43,673 nucleotides of DNA from contig MNYV01000120.1 of NCBI GenBank assembly GCA_001873285.1, positions 1-43,673 of the forward strand, given 5' to 3'. This DNA is from Nitrospirae bacterium CG2_30_53_67 (GTDB lineage: Bacteria > CG2-30-53-67). Shown piece by piece: positions 18,105 to 27,457 of this stretch (positions are counted from its first letter, which is position 1; each line of letters begins with the position of its first letter). The position numbers and the translations under genes are program-made. The notes below the pieces were generated by a model, which was given only the letters and a program-made list of their open reading frames with translations, was not told the DNA's origin and did no database searches.

Positions 18105-18121
18105 CAAAGGAGCAGCGGCTT

Positions 18122-18832
18122 ATGATAGTACAAGAGACAAAATCCAAAGAGCTCATTCTTGAAATGCTCAAGGGGATAAAGAAAATCTTCCTCGTCGGAT
18201 GCGGGGACTGTGCGACGGTCTGCGAAGCCGGCGGGGAGATTGACCTGAACCGTATGAAGGAGATGCTGGCGGCCGAGGGGATTGAGGTGACGGGTATGAC
18301 GATTCCGGACACGAGCTGTCACATCCCGGATATGAAAAGCCATTTGAAAGAGCACGCCAAGGAGATCGAGGAAGCGGACGGAATCGGCGTTATGTCCTGC
18401 GGGGCCGGCGTCCAGTCCGTGGGAACGGTCTATGAAGACAAGATCGTATTCCCCCTGAACAATTCCCTGTTTCTGGGTAATACCGAGCGGTTCGGCCAGC
18501 ACGTGGAGTTTTGCTCCGCCTGCGGCGAGTGCCGCATCGACAAGTTCGGGGCCGTCTGCCCGATCACACGCTGCTATAAGGGGATCCTGAACGGGCCCTG
18601 CGGCGGGGTGAACAACGGCATGTGCGAGATCGGAAACGACACGCCATGCGCCTGGGTTCTGGCCTATGAGCGGCTCGAAAAACAGAACCGTCTGGATAAC
18701 CTGAAAGAACCGTTGAAGGCCAAGAAGTGGTCGGCGCACCTGAAGCCGATGACACACCTGAACCCCACGAATAAGAAAAAGATGGAAGAGAAAGAGGCCA
18801 AACGCAAGGCCAAAGAAGAGGCGAAGGGATAA
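18122..18832 (+). CDS. metV: Methylene-THF reductase small Fe-S/Zn subunit (MetV-like)
   Basis: GCGDCATVC, SCGAGVQ, CSACGEC, CPITRCYKGILNGPCGG...CEI...CAW; AAGGAG RBS; directly upstream of metF. Confidence 0.9.
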   Translation: MIVQETKSKELILEMLKGIKKIFLVGCGDCATVCEAGGEIDLNRMKEMLAAEGIEVTGMTIPDTSCHIPDMKSHLKEHAKEIEEADGIGVMSCGAGVQSVGTVYEDKIVFPLNNSLFLGNTERFGQHVEFCSACGECRIDKFGAVCPITRCYKGILNGPCGGVNNGMCEIGNDTPCAWVLAYERLEKQNRLDNLKEPLKAKKWSAHLKPMTHLNPTNKKKMEEKEAKRKAKEEAKG

Positions 18833-18881
18833 TTTGTGGATAAGTTTCTATCCCTGGAAATGAGAGGCTGAAACAAAATCT

Positions 18882-19139
18882 GGTTCATCTCCAAAAGAGT
18901 GGGTGAAAACATCAGGGGTCAAGGGGTCAAGGATTCCAGGGGTCAAGTGAAGTGATTTTCAAGACTTGAGGGTCCGAGGGGCCAAGGATTCAAGGGGTCG
19001 AGTGAAGTGCTAAAAACATCATGGGTCAAGGGTTCCAGTGTTTTCCTCTGGAGATTTTGCTTGCATTTAAGTATTTCACTTGAATCCTTGAACCCTGGAA
19101 TCCTCGAACCCTTTTTACCCACTATATGGGAGAAGAACC
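18882..19139. mobile_element. MITE copy A (258 bp) with 23-bp imperfect TIRs, internal octamer arrays, 8-bp TSD
   Basis: Ends GGTTCATCTCCAAAAGAGTGGGT / ACCCACTATATGGGAGAAGAACC (19/23 complementary); flanks CAAAATCT / CAAAATAT. Confidence 0.85.
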
Positions 19140-19171
19140 CAAAATATTAATATTATAGAGGAGGAGAGCCA

Positions 19172-20059
19172 TTGGGCAAGAAGAAAACCGTCAGAGCGGC
19201 GTTCGAAGCTGGAGAGTTTGTCGTGACCGGTGAATGCGGCCCCCCAAAAGGCACGGACATCTCCGAGATGCTTCATCATGCCGAGGGCATGCTCGGCTAT
19301 GTCAACGGCATCAACGTCACCGACAACCAGAGTTCAGTCATGCGGATCGGGTCCCTTCCGGTCTGCAAGCTCCTGGTCGACATGGGGCACGATCCGGTTT
19401 TCCAAATTACGGGCCGTGATCGGAACCGCCTGGCCATCCAAAGCGATCTCCTGGGCGCCCATATCCTCGGCATCCGGAACGTCCTCTGCCTGACCGGTGA
19501 CGGGGTCCAGGCCGGGGACCACAAGGACGCCAAACCGGTTTTCGATCTGGAGTCCGTGCAGATTCTTCAGGCCGTGGAGGCCCTGAATAACGGAAAGGAC
19601 ATGGCGGGCAATGACCTGAAAGGCGCAACGTCATTGTTTCCCGGAGCGGTGGTCACCCCCGAGTCCAGACCCATTGAGCCGCAGCTTATGAAGTTTGAAA
19701 AAAAGATACGGGCCGGGGCGAAATTCTTTCAGACCCAGGCGGTCTACGATATCGAGAACTTTCTTGACTTCATGAAGTTCGCACGGCAATTCGACACCAA
19801 GATCATGGCCGGGTTGGTGCTTCTGACCTCCGCCGGGATGGCCAATTACATGAACAAGTTTGTGCCCGGCGTTTCCGTGCCTCAGAACCTGATCGACCGG
19901 ATGAAGGCGGCCGGCAAGGAAAAGGCCATCGATACCGGGATCGACATCATGTGCGAATTCATCAAGGCAGTGAGGGACCAGTGCGACGGCGTCCATATCA
20001 TGGCCATCGGCAAGGAACATCTCGTGCCGGAGATCGTGAAGAGGGCGGGGCTGGCATAG
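19172..20059 (+). CDS. metF: 5,10-methylenetetrahydrofolate reductase
   Basis: ECGPPKG, NVTDNQ, RDRNRLAIQSDLLGA, LTGD, FFQTQAVYD, GVHIM; TTG start with GAGGAGG RBS. Confidence 0.95.
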   Translation: MGKKKTVRAAFEAGEFVVTGECGPPKGTDISEMLHHAEGMLGYVNGINVTDNQSSVMRIGSLPVCKLLVDMGHDPVFQITGRDRNRLAIQSDLLGAHILGIRNVLCLTGDGVQAGDHKDAKPVFDLESVQILQAVEALNNGKDMAGNDLKGATSLFPGAVVTPESRPIEPQLMKFEKKIRAGAKFFQTQAVYDIENFLDFMKFARQFDTKIMAGLVLLTSAGMANYMNKFVPGVSVPQNLIDRMKAAGKEKAIDTGIDIMCEFIKAVRDQCDGVHIMAIGKEHLVPEIVKRAGLA

Positions 20060-20077
20060 GAATAAATCAAAAATTAA

Positions 20078-20250
20078 GGTTCATCTCCAAAAGAGTGGGT
20101 GAAAACATCAGGGGTCAAGGGGTCAAGGATTCCAGGGGTCAAGTGAAGTGCTGAAACACTACATTGATAAAATCACTGAAAAACAAACACTTGACCCCTT
20201 GAACCCTGGAATCCTCGAACCCTTTTTACCCACTATATGGGAGAAGAACC
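20078..20250. mobile_element. MITE copy B (173 bp), same family as copy A, perfect 8-bp TSD
   Basis: First 73 and last 54 bp identical to copy A; flanked by AAAATTAA on both sides (20070-20077, 20251-20258). Confidence 0.9.
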
Positions 20251-20275
20251 AAAATTAAATAAAGGAATGAATAGG

Positions 20276-21064
20276 ATGCCTCGAATCACCATCACGGATC
20301 TCAAAAAGAAGAAGGCCGAGGGGAAGAAAATCACCATGCTGACGGCCTATGACTTCCCCTTTGCCGCTCTGGTGGACCAGGCCGGGATCGACATGATCCT
20401 GGTCGGTGATTCCCTGGGCGTGGTGGTGCAGGGCAAAGAGAACACCCTGCCCGTGACCATGGACCAGATGGTCTACCATACGGAGATGGTCGTCCGGGCG
20501 ACCCGGAATGCATTGGTGGTGGGGGACATGCCGTTTATGTCCTATCAGGTGAGCTGTGAGGAAGCGGTTTCCAATGCGGGCCGGTTTCTCAAGGAGGCGG
20601 GGGCGCAGGCCGTGAAACTTGAAGGAGGCGCCTCGGTCCGGAAGACCATCGAGGCCATTTCAGCCGCGGATATACCGGTCATGGCCCATATCGGGCTGAC
20701 CCCGCAGTCCGTGCACAAAATGGGCGGGTTCAAGGTTCAAAAAGAGATGGACCGGCTCTTGAAAGACGCAGCATCCGTGGAAGAAGCCGGAGCTTTTTCC
20801 GTGGTCCTGGAGTGTATCCCCGGTGAGATTGCAAAAAAGATTACCCAGGAGATTTCCATTCCGACCATTGGGATCGGCGCAGGGGTCCACTGTGACGGAC
20901 AGGTGCTTGTCCTGCATGACCTTCTCGGACTCTTTGAGCGTTTTGTACCCAAGTTCATCAAGCGGTATGCCCATCTCGGAGAGGAAGCCTTGTCGGCCAT
21001 CCGGCAGTACAAGGAGGAAGTGGAGAGCGGGGGGTTCCCCGGAGAGGAACATACGTTTAAATGA
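20276..21064 (+). CDS. panB: 3-methyl-2-oxobutanoate hydroxymethyltransferase
   Basis: [42 protein letters not shown]. Start at 20276 inferred from RBS (20267 is the alternative). Confidence 0.96.
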   Translation: MPRITITDLKKKKAEGKKITMLTAYDFPFAALVDQAGIDMILVGDSLGVVVQGKENTLPVTMDQMVYHTEMVVRATRNALVVGDMPFMSYQVSCEEAVSNAGRFLKEAGAQAVKLEGGASVRKTIEAISAADIPVMAHIGLTPQSVHKMGGFKVQKEMDRLLKDAASVEEAGAFSVVLECIPGEIAKKITQEISIPTIGIGAGVHCDGQVLVLHDLLGLFERFVPKFIKRYAHLGEEALSAIRQYKEEVESGGFPGEEHTFK

Positions 21065-21117
21065 TTCCGCCGCAAATACCCCATCTGCGGTGTTTCAAAA
21101 TTATTTTCGAGGGAAAC

Positions 21118-21852
21118 ATGGCCCAGACCAGATTGCATGTTGAGTTGCTGCGATATACCCCAAGACCCGAAGAGGTCGTGGCCATGGGCGCCAAGCTCTG
21201 TTATTCCCCTTCCAACATTGATGATCTGAAACAGGGGATCGAGAGCAAGGACCAGGCGGGGTTTGTGGACAAGCTGGTGACCATGGGGCATATGTCCCCT
21301 GTGGAGCATGTCTCGTTCACCTTCGGTGTGGAAGGGATATCCAGGGCCTGCTCCCATCAGATCGTGCGCCATCGAGTGGCCTCGTATTCACAGCAGAGTC
21401 AGCGGTATGTGGGCGAGCAGACGGAGAAACATCAAGGGAAGGTTTTCGACTATGTGGTCCCCCCGTCCGTGGCGGCTGCCGGCAAGTCCGCATGGTTCGA
21501 AGAGAAGATGAAGATCATCCAGGGCTGGTACGACGAACTCAACGCCGCTCTGGGGAACAGGGGGGAAAAATCCCAGGAGGATGCCCGGTTCATCCTGCCC
21601 AATGCCGCGGAGACCAAGATCATCATCACCATGAATGCCAGGGAGCTTCTCCATTTCTTCCGTGTGCGGTGCTGCAACCGGGCCCAGTGGGAGATCAGGG
21701 ACATGGCCGATGAGATGCTGAGGAAGGTCAAGGAGGCGGCGCCCAAACTTTTCAAGGAAGCCGGCCCGGGGTGCCTCAAGGGAAAATGTCCCGAAGGGAA
21801 GATGACCTGCGGCAAGACCGAAGAGGTCAGAGAAAAGTTTAAGAACATGTAA
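21118..21852 (+). CDS. thyX: FAD-dependent thymidylate synthase
   Basis: GHMSPVEH, HQIVRHRVASYSQQSQRY (RHRx7S motif), EDARFILP, NARELLHF, AQWEIR. Confidence 0.95.
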   Translation: MAQTRLHVELLRYTPRPEEVVAMGAKLCYSPSNIDDLKQGIESKDQAGFVDKLVTMGHMSPVEHVSFTFGVEGISRACSHQIVRHRVASYSQQSQRYVGEQTEKHQGKVFDYVVPPSVAAAGKSAWFEEKMKIIQGWYDELNAALGNRGEKSQEDARFILPNAAETKIIITMNARELLHFFRVRCCNRAQWEIRDMADEMLRKVKEAAPKLFKEAGPGCLKGKCPEGKMTCGKTEEVREKFKNM

Positions 21853-21865
21853 AAAGAAAAGATTT

Positions 21866-21938
21866 ACCGCAGAGCACGCAGAGTAAATACTATAGATAAT
21901 AAAAAGCTTTTCTCTGCGATCTCCGCGTCCTCTGCGGT
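21866..21938. repeat. 9-bp-period CGCAGAG/CTCTGCG tandem-inverted repeat
   Basis: ACCGCAGAGCACGCAGAG ... CTCTGCGATCTCCGCGTCCTCTGCGGT around an AT-rich spacer. Confidence 0.75.
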
Positions 21939-21954
21939 GAGGAATGGGTCTTAT

Positions 21955-22713
21955 ATGTCGTTTAATATCGCCCTATCCGGGAAGGGCGGAACCGGCAAAA
22001 CCAGTCTGGCCGGGCTTCTCATCCGGTATCTGATCCGTCATGGGAAGAGCCCGATTATGGTTATCGATGCCGATGCCAATGCCAACCTTAACGAGGTCCT
22101 CGGCGTAAAAGTCGAAAACACCATCGGCGAACTCAGGGAAGGGCTCCTGGGGCGTGAGGGTCAGCAGCCGGGAGGCATGTCCAAGGATGCGTATTTCGAG
22201 ATGATGCTCCACCAGGTGGTCGCGGAGCATGAAGGGTTTGATCTTCTGGTCATGGGCCGGCCCGAAGGACCGGGCTGTTATTGTTTTGTCAACAACCTGA
22301 TTCGGAAATATTCGGACGAGTTGTCTGAGAAGTATCCCTATATTGTGACGGACAATGAGGCGGGTCTGGAGCACCTGAGCCGTAGGACGACTCAGAATAC
22401 GGATCTTCTCCTGGTGATCAGCGACCCGTCACAGCGCGGGATCAGGACCGCAAAGAGGGTCTTGGATCTGGCGGATGAGCTCAAGCTCAATATCAAGAGG
22501 ACGGCCCTGATCGTCAATCGGGTGGCGGGAGAGCTTGATCCCGCTTTGTCGGATCTGATTGAAGAGCAAGGGATGAAACTTGCCGGCTGGGTGCCGACCG
22601 ATCAGAATATTACAGAATACGATCTCCGGGGTGAGGCAATGATCAATCTGCCGGACGACTCCCGGGCCGTGATCGCCTTTGAAAAAATTCTGGACGGCAT
22701 GGAGATTGCCTGA
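21955..22713 (+). CDS. cooC: CO dehydrogenase/ACS nickel-insertion ATPase (CooC/AcsF)
   Basis: GKGGTGKT, IDADANANL, MGRPEGPGCYC, DNEAGLEHLSRRT. Confidence 0.93.
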   Translation: MSFNIALSGKGGTGKTSLAGLLIRYLIRHGKSPIMVIDADANANLNEVLGVKVENTIGELREGLLGREGQQPGGMSKDAYFEMMLHQVVAEHEGFDLLVMGRPEGPGCYCFVNNLIRKYSDELSEKYPYIVTDNEAGLEHLSRRTTQNTDLLLVISDPSQRGIRTAKRVLDLADELKLNIKRTALIVNRVAGELDPALSDLIEEQGMKLAGWVPTDQNITEYDLRGEAMINLPDDSRAVIAFEKILDGMEIA

Positions 22714-22739
22714 AGGTTTTCTCGAGTCCTTATGATTTT

Positions 22740-22763
22740 CTTCGTGCCTTCGTCTCTTTGTGG
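22740..22763. repeat. 8-bp-period CTTCGTG tandem repeat (half element)
   Basis: CTTCGTGC-CTTCGTCT-CTTTGTGG. Confidence 0.5.
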
Positions 22764-22800
22764 CGGATGGGTTCCGGCTTGTCCGGGTTAGGAAGCAACC

Positions 22801-23676
22801 ATGAAGAAGTCCAGGGTTGTCATCATCGGGGCCGGTGTGGTGGGAACGGCGGTCGGCGCGCTCCTTCATCAGGAGAGCTATGAGATTGCGGCCGTGGCTT
22901 CCCGGAGCATGGGATCGGCTGAGCGGGCGGTCCAATATATCGGCGCAGGAGCTGCCACAACCGATGTCGTGAAGGCCGCCAGGCAGGGTGATCTGATCTT
23001 CATCACCACGCCGGACGGGGCCATCGCTTCGGTCTGCGAGAAGATCGCGAAGAAAAAAGGGTTTCCCCCGGAGAGTACGGTCATCCATTGTTGCGGGGCC
23101 CTTTCGGCTGAGATCCTATCTCCGGCGCGTGCCTGCGGGGCGCGGATCCTTTCGATCCACCCCTTGCAGACTCTGGCGGACACGGATCAGGCCGTGGCCA
23201 ATCTTCCCGGCTCCTTTTTCGCCCTGGACGGCGGCCCGGATGCGATCAAGACCGGCAAGGAGATCATCCGGGATCTGGGGGGGACCGTGATGGTGATCCC
23301 CTCCGAGGGGAAGATGCTCTACCATGCGGCCGCGGTGGTGGCGTGCAATTATTTCGTAGCCCTTGTGTTTCAGGCGCTCCGCATGCTGGAGGCCGTGGGG
23401 ATCCCCAGGACGTCGGGACTTCCGGCGCTGATGCCGCTGATCAAGGGGACGGTCGGGAATCTGGAGAAGGTAGGAATCCCCAAGGCATTGACCGGACCGA
23501 TCGCCCGGGGGGATCTCAAGACCATCGAAGGGCATCTTGCGGCCTTCGATCGGCTGATGCCCGAAGCAAAGAGAATCTACTGCGAAATGGGGAGGGTCGC
23601 TGCCGATGCGGCCGAGGCCAAGGGGAGTATAAATGAGGAAACCCGGAGAAAGTTGTTGGAACTGTTTTCCGCGTAG
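22801..23676 (+). CDS. Rossmann-like + DUF2520 oxidoreductase (PanG-type ketopantoate reductase candidate)
   Basis: IIGAGVVG, TTPD, HPLQT, YHAAAVVACN, ALTGPIARGD motifs; near panB. Confidence 0.8.
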   Translation: MKKSRVVIIGAGVVGTAVGALLHQESYEIAAVASRSMGSAERAVQYIGAGAATTDVVKAARQGDLIFITTPDGAIASVCEKIAKKKGFPPESTVIHCCGALSAEILSPARACGARILSIHPLQTLADTDQAVANLPGSFFALDGGPDAIKTGKEIIRDLGGTVMVIPSEGKMLYHAAAVVACNYFVALVFQALRMLEAVGIPRTSGLPALMPLIKGTVGNLEKVGIPKALTGPIARGDLKTIEGHLAAFDRLMPEAKRIYCEMGRVAADAAEAKGSINEETRRKLLELFSA

Positions 23677-23713
23677 CGGCGTCCTCGGGCAGCCTGCCCG
23701 GGTCGTGCTGCTG

Positions 23714-23753
23714 AATTTGAGATTTGAAATTTGAAATTTCCAATTTCAAATCT
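23714..23753. repeat. 7-bp-period ATTTGAA/TTCAAAT tandem-inverted repeat
   Basis: ATTTGAG ATTTGAA ATTTGAA ATTTCCA ATTTCAA ATCT; AGATTTGAAATT pairs with AATTTCAAATCT. Confidence 0.7.
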
Positions 23754-23773
23754 TTTTGCTGAGGAGGCAGATC

Positions 23774-24610
23774 ATGTTACTGATCGGCGAGCGTATCAAT
23801 GTCATTACCAAGGTGCAGCGGGAGGCCATGAAGAACCGGGACCCCAAACCGATTCAGGAGATGGCCAAGGCCCAGGTTGCGGCCGGGGCCAACGTGCTCG
23901 ACGTGAACATCGGTCCTGCCGAGGACGACGGGCCCGAACTCATGGACTGGATTGTGAAGACCGTCCAGAAGGCGGCGCAGGTCCCGATCTGCCTCGATAC
24001 CACGAATCTCAACGCGATCAAGGCAGGCCTCAAGGCCCACAACAATACCTGGGGCCGGCCCATGATCAATTCCACCTCGGGTGAGACCCAACGGCTGAAC
24101 ACGTTTATGCCTGTAGCCGCGGAGTTTCAGTGCGATATCATCGGGCTCTGCCTTTCGGGATCCGGGCTTCCCGCCGATGCCAACGACCGCTGTGCCATTG
24201 CCGTGGACATCATGGCCAAGGCCGATGAGGTGGGGCTTCCCCTGGACCATATCTATCTGGATCCCCTGGTCCTGATGCTGAACGGGAACCAGGAGCATGC
24301 CCTGCACTGCATTCAATCTGTGGAGATGTTCCAGACCTTAAACGATCCGCCCATGAAGTCCGTGGTGGGGCTTTCAAATATCGCTAACACGGCGCCGGCC
24401 TCCATGAAGGGGATCCTGACCGCGGTCTTTTTCCAGATGCTGAGAGACGCGGGCCTGACCGCCGCCATCATTGATCCTTTGGAGAAGGAATTCATGCAAG
24501 TGGTTAAGAGCGGGAACCCGAGAGCAGTCTATCCGGCGCATCAAGTGGACAAGACCGAGAAGGTCATGCGCGGGGAGATCCTGTATGCCCATTCATTTTT
24601 GGAGGTATAG
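23774..24610 (+). CDS. acsE: Methyltetrahydrofolate:corrinoid Fe-S protein methyltransferase
   Basis: IGERIN, LDVNIG, CLDTTN, INS, YLDPL, GLSNI pterin-binding barrel motifs; GAGGAGG RBS; upstream of acsD. Confidence 0.92.
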   Translation: MLLIGERINVITKVQREAMKNRDPKPIQEMAKAQVAAGANVLDVNIGPAEDDGPELMDWIVKTVQKAAQVPICLDTTNLNAIKAGLKAHNNTWGRPMINSTSGETQRLNTFMPVAAEFQCDIIGLCLSGSGLPADANDRCAIAVDIMAKADEVGLPLDHIYLDPLVLMLNGNQEHALHCIQSVEMFQTLNDPPMKSVVGLSNIANTAPASMKGILTAVFFQMLRDAGLTAAIIDPLEKEFMQVVKSGNPRAVYPAHQVDKTEKVMRGEILYAHSFLEV

Positions 24611-24615
24611 GATTA

Positions 24616-24825
24616 GGTAAAACACAGGGGCCAAGGGGTCCAGGGGCCGAGGGTTCAAGTGAAGTGCTGGAAAACAAAAGGGGTCAAGGGATCGAGGGTT
24701 ACGCTCCGCGTGCCCCGCTTTTCTTTGATCTTTGCCGTCTGCGACGGCTACTACACTAAGGCATCTTGGGGTCAAGTGTTTGAGCATTTCACTTGAATCC
24801 TGGAACCCTGGAACCCTTGAACCCT
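24616..24825. repeat. Octamer-array element without outer TIRs, with nested insertion (about 24701-24767)
   Basis: GGGGCCAAG/GGGTCCAG/GGTTCAAGTGAAGTG ... CACTTGAATCCTGGAACCCTGGAACCCTTGAACCCT. Confidence 0.8.
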
Positions 24826-24847
24826 TCTTGAAGAAGAGGAGAATGCG

Positions 24848-25792
24848 ATGGCAGTTGAGATCCTGAAAGAGAAGTATACAGGCAAAGTGAATACCGTCAC
24901 CATCGGGACCGGCGACAAGGCCGTGACCGTGGGCGGGGCGACCGCGCTTCCCTTTCATCTCTTTGAAGGAGAGGCCGGGAACCGTCCTTTAATCGCCTAT
25001 GAGGTGCTGGATCTGCCGCCTGAGGACGCGCCTTTAGCCCAGAAAGAGGCATGGGGTGCGTTATGGAGCGATCCGGTTCAGTGGGCCAGGTACTGTCAGA
25101 ATGAACTCTCGGCAAGGGCCGTGGCCTTGCGGCTGATCAGCACGGACCCGGACGGCAAGAACGCCGGTCCCGAAGAAGCGGCTGATACCGTCAAGAAGGT
25201 TCTGGCCGCCATTGATATCCCGCTCATCATCCTCGGCTCTTTCAAGGAGGCCAAGGACGGCCAGGTTCTGAAGGTGGTCGCCGACGCGGCCAGAGGGCGG
25301 AACTGCCTGATCGGTAAGGCCCAGGAGGAGAACTACAAGACCATCGCCGCTGCGGCCATCTCCAACGGCCATAAACTGATCGCCTTCTCCAATCTGGACT
25401 TCAACCTGTCCAAACAGATTAATATCCTTCTGACCCAGACCGGGTTCAACATCAACGATATCGTCATTGACCCCACGGCCAGCGCCCTCGGGTATGGTCT
25501 GGAATACACCTATTCCGTGATCGAAAGGATCCGGGCCTCCGCCCTCATACAGAACGATGCGATGATGCAGCCTCCCATGCTCTTGGATCTGGCCTCCGTG
25601 GTCTGGAAGGTCAAAGAGGTGAAGGCCGGCGAGGACCAGATGCCGGGATGGGGGGATGTCGGGGAGCGGGGAACGCACTGGGAGGCTTCCACGGCTGTCA
25701 GCATGCTCATGGCCGGTACGGAGATCCTGGTTATGTCATCACCCAAGGCGGTTCAGACCGTGGAGAAGACGATTGATCAGTTGATGGCGTAA
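24848..25792 (+). CDS. acsD: Corrinoid Fe-S protein small subunit (delta)
   Basis: VGGATALPFHLFEG, STDPDG, ENYKTIAAAA, IVIDP...LGYGLEYTYSVIERIR. Confidence 0.95.
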   Translation: MAVEILKEKYTGKVNTVTIGTGDKAVTVGGATALPFHLFEGEAGNRPLIAYEVLDLPPEDAPLAQKEAWGALWSDPVQWARYCQNELSARAVALRLISTDPDGKNAGPEEAADTVKKVLAAIDIPLIILGSFKEAKDGQVLKVVADAARGRNCLIGKAQEENYKTIAAAAISNGHKLIAFSNLDFNLSKQINILLTQTGFNINDIVIDPTASALGYGLEYTYSVIERIRASALIQNDAMMQPPMLLDLASVVWKVKEVKAGEDQMPGWGDVGERGTHWEASTAVSMLMAGTEILVMSSPKAVQTVEKTIDQLMA

Positions 25793-25798
25793 AATCTA

Positions 25799-25892
25799 AG
25801 GGTTCGAGGGTTCCAGGGGTCGAGGGGTCGAGTGTTTGTTTCCGATGAAATTCTCTTTGCACTTCACTTTGCCCCTTGAACCCTGGACCCCT
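25799..25892. repeat. Octamer-array palindromic element (eroded)
   Basis: GGGTTCGAG GGTTCCAG GGGTCGAG GGGTCGAGTG ... CACTTCACTTTGCCCCTTGAACCCTGGACCCC. Confidence 0.8.
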
Positions 25893-25956
25893 TTTGGTCA
25901 CAAAATGAGAAGGATCTGAAAAGGATAATATTAAAAGATAATATTAGGAGACAACA

Positions 25957-27297
25957 ATGGCCCTGACCGGTATAGAAATCTTCAAACACCTGCCCAAGAC
26001 CAACTGTAAGGACTGCGGGTTCCCGACCTGCCTGGCCTTTGCCATGAAGCTTGCGGCCAAGCAGGTCTCATTGGATGCCTGCCCGCATGCATCAGAAGAA
26101 GCCAAGGCCTTTTTGGGCGCGGCGTCGGCGCCTCCTGTGCGCAAGGTCGTGATCGGCGCCGGAGATGCGGCCTGGCCCCTCGGGGAGGAGACCGTCCTCT
26201 TCAGGCATGAAAAGAAATTCGTCAATCCCTGCGCGTACGCCGTCCAGGTCGGAGACAACGATCCGGAACTTGCGGCCAAGATCAAACAGATCGCGGACTT
26301 CAAGGTCGACCGGGTGGGGGTGAACTACGGTGTGAACATGATCGCGGTTCAGGACAGATCCGGCGGCGGGGCGGCCTTTTCAGCGGCCGTGAAAAAGGTT
26401 GTGGATGCAGCGCCCGGCCTGGGGGTCCTCCTCATGAGCCGGGACGCTCAAAGAATCGGTGCGGCCCTTTCGTCATGTGAAGGGAAGAAGCCGCTGGTCT
26501 ACGGAGCGGACAAAGAGAATCTGGAGCAGCTCCTCCCCCTGGTCAAAGGCAAGGCATCCCTGGTTCTCAGCGCCGGGAATCTGGACGAACTCTCGGCCAT
26601 GGCCGAAAAAGCCGCCGGCGCCGGCGTGGAAGACCTGATCCTGGACCCCATGCCGGGGAACGCCAGGGAGGCCCTGGAGAGATTCACGATGATGCGCCGC
26701 CTTGCCGTCAAGAAGAACTACAAACCCTTCGGGTATCCTCTTTTCATGAACGCCGTTCATGAGGATGCCCAGGTTGAGGGGGCGCTGGCCGCCCTCGGGA
26801 CCATGAAATACGCCTCGGTCATCCTGCTCGGGGCGCTCCGGTCGTGGGAGATGCTGGGCCTTCTCACGGGCAGGCTCAACATCTATACGGACCCGCAGAA
26901 ACCCATGCAGGTTGATCAGAAGATTTATGAAATGGGGACGGTCAACGGGAACTCTCCTTTGATTGTGACCACGAACTTCGCCCTGACTTATTTCATTGTG
27001 GCCGGTGAGATCGAGAACAGCAAGGTGCCGGCCAGGCTTGCCGTTCAGGACGTGGAAGGGTTATCCGTGCTCACGGCCTGGGCCGCCGGCAAGTTTACGG
27101 CAGGTTCCATTGCGAATTTTATCAAGGAATCCGGTGTGGAAAATCAGCTCGCGAAAAAGGAAGTCATCCTTCCTGGCTATGTCGCAGTCCTCTCCGGGTC
27201 ACTGGAAGACAAACTGGGCAACGGCTGGAAGGTGGTGGTCGGCCCCCGGGAAGCGAATCAAATCCCGCAATTCCTGAAAGCCCGGGCAAATGGATGA
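25957..27297 (+). CDS. acsC: Corrinoid Fe-S protein large subunit (gamma)
   Basis: LPKTNCKDCGFPTCLAFAMKL...CP, ETVLFRHEK, NIYTDPQKP, TTNFALTYF, GLSVLTAWAAGKF. Confidence 0.97.
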   Translation: MALTGIEIFKHLPKTNCKDCGFPTCLAFAMKLAAKQVSLDACPHASEEAKAFLGAASAPPVRKVVIGAGDAAWPLGEETVLFRHEKKFVNPCAYAVQVGDNDPELAAKIKQIADFKVDRVGVNYGVNMIAVQDRSGGGAAFSAAVKKVVDAAPGLGVLLMSRDAQRIGAALSSCEGKKPLVYGADKENLEQLLPLVKGKASLVLSAGNLDELSAMAEKAAGAGVEDLILDPMPGNAREALERFTMMRRLAVKKNYKPFGYPLFMNAVHEDAQVEGALAALGTMKYASVILLGALRSWEMLGLLTGRLNIYTDPQKPMQVDQKIYEMGTVNGNSPLIVTTNFALTYFIVAGEIENSKVPARLAVQDVEGLSVLTAWAAGKFTAGSIANFIKESGVENQLAKKEVILPGYVAVLSGSLEDKLGNGWKVVVGPREANQIPQFLKARANG

Positions 27298-27457
27298 GAT
27301 CCTTGATCCGTTTGCGTATTTCCTGAAGGATCGTGTAAAATGGCAGATGAAAGGACCCCTGTTTCTGAACAGAGGCCTGAAAAGGATTTTCTTTGCGCAA
27401 AAAGTCATAAGAAGAGAAGATTTTTTATATGAATTGTGAAGTGAGGAGATATGGATT

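Noticed and set aside
18882..20250. Composite transposon carrying metF
   Set aside because: Each copy has its own distinct 8-bp duplication. metF is also in its expected place after metV.
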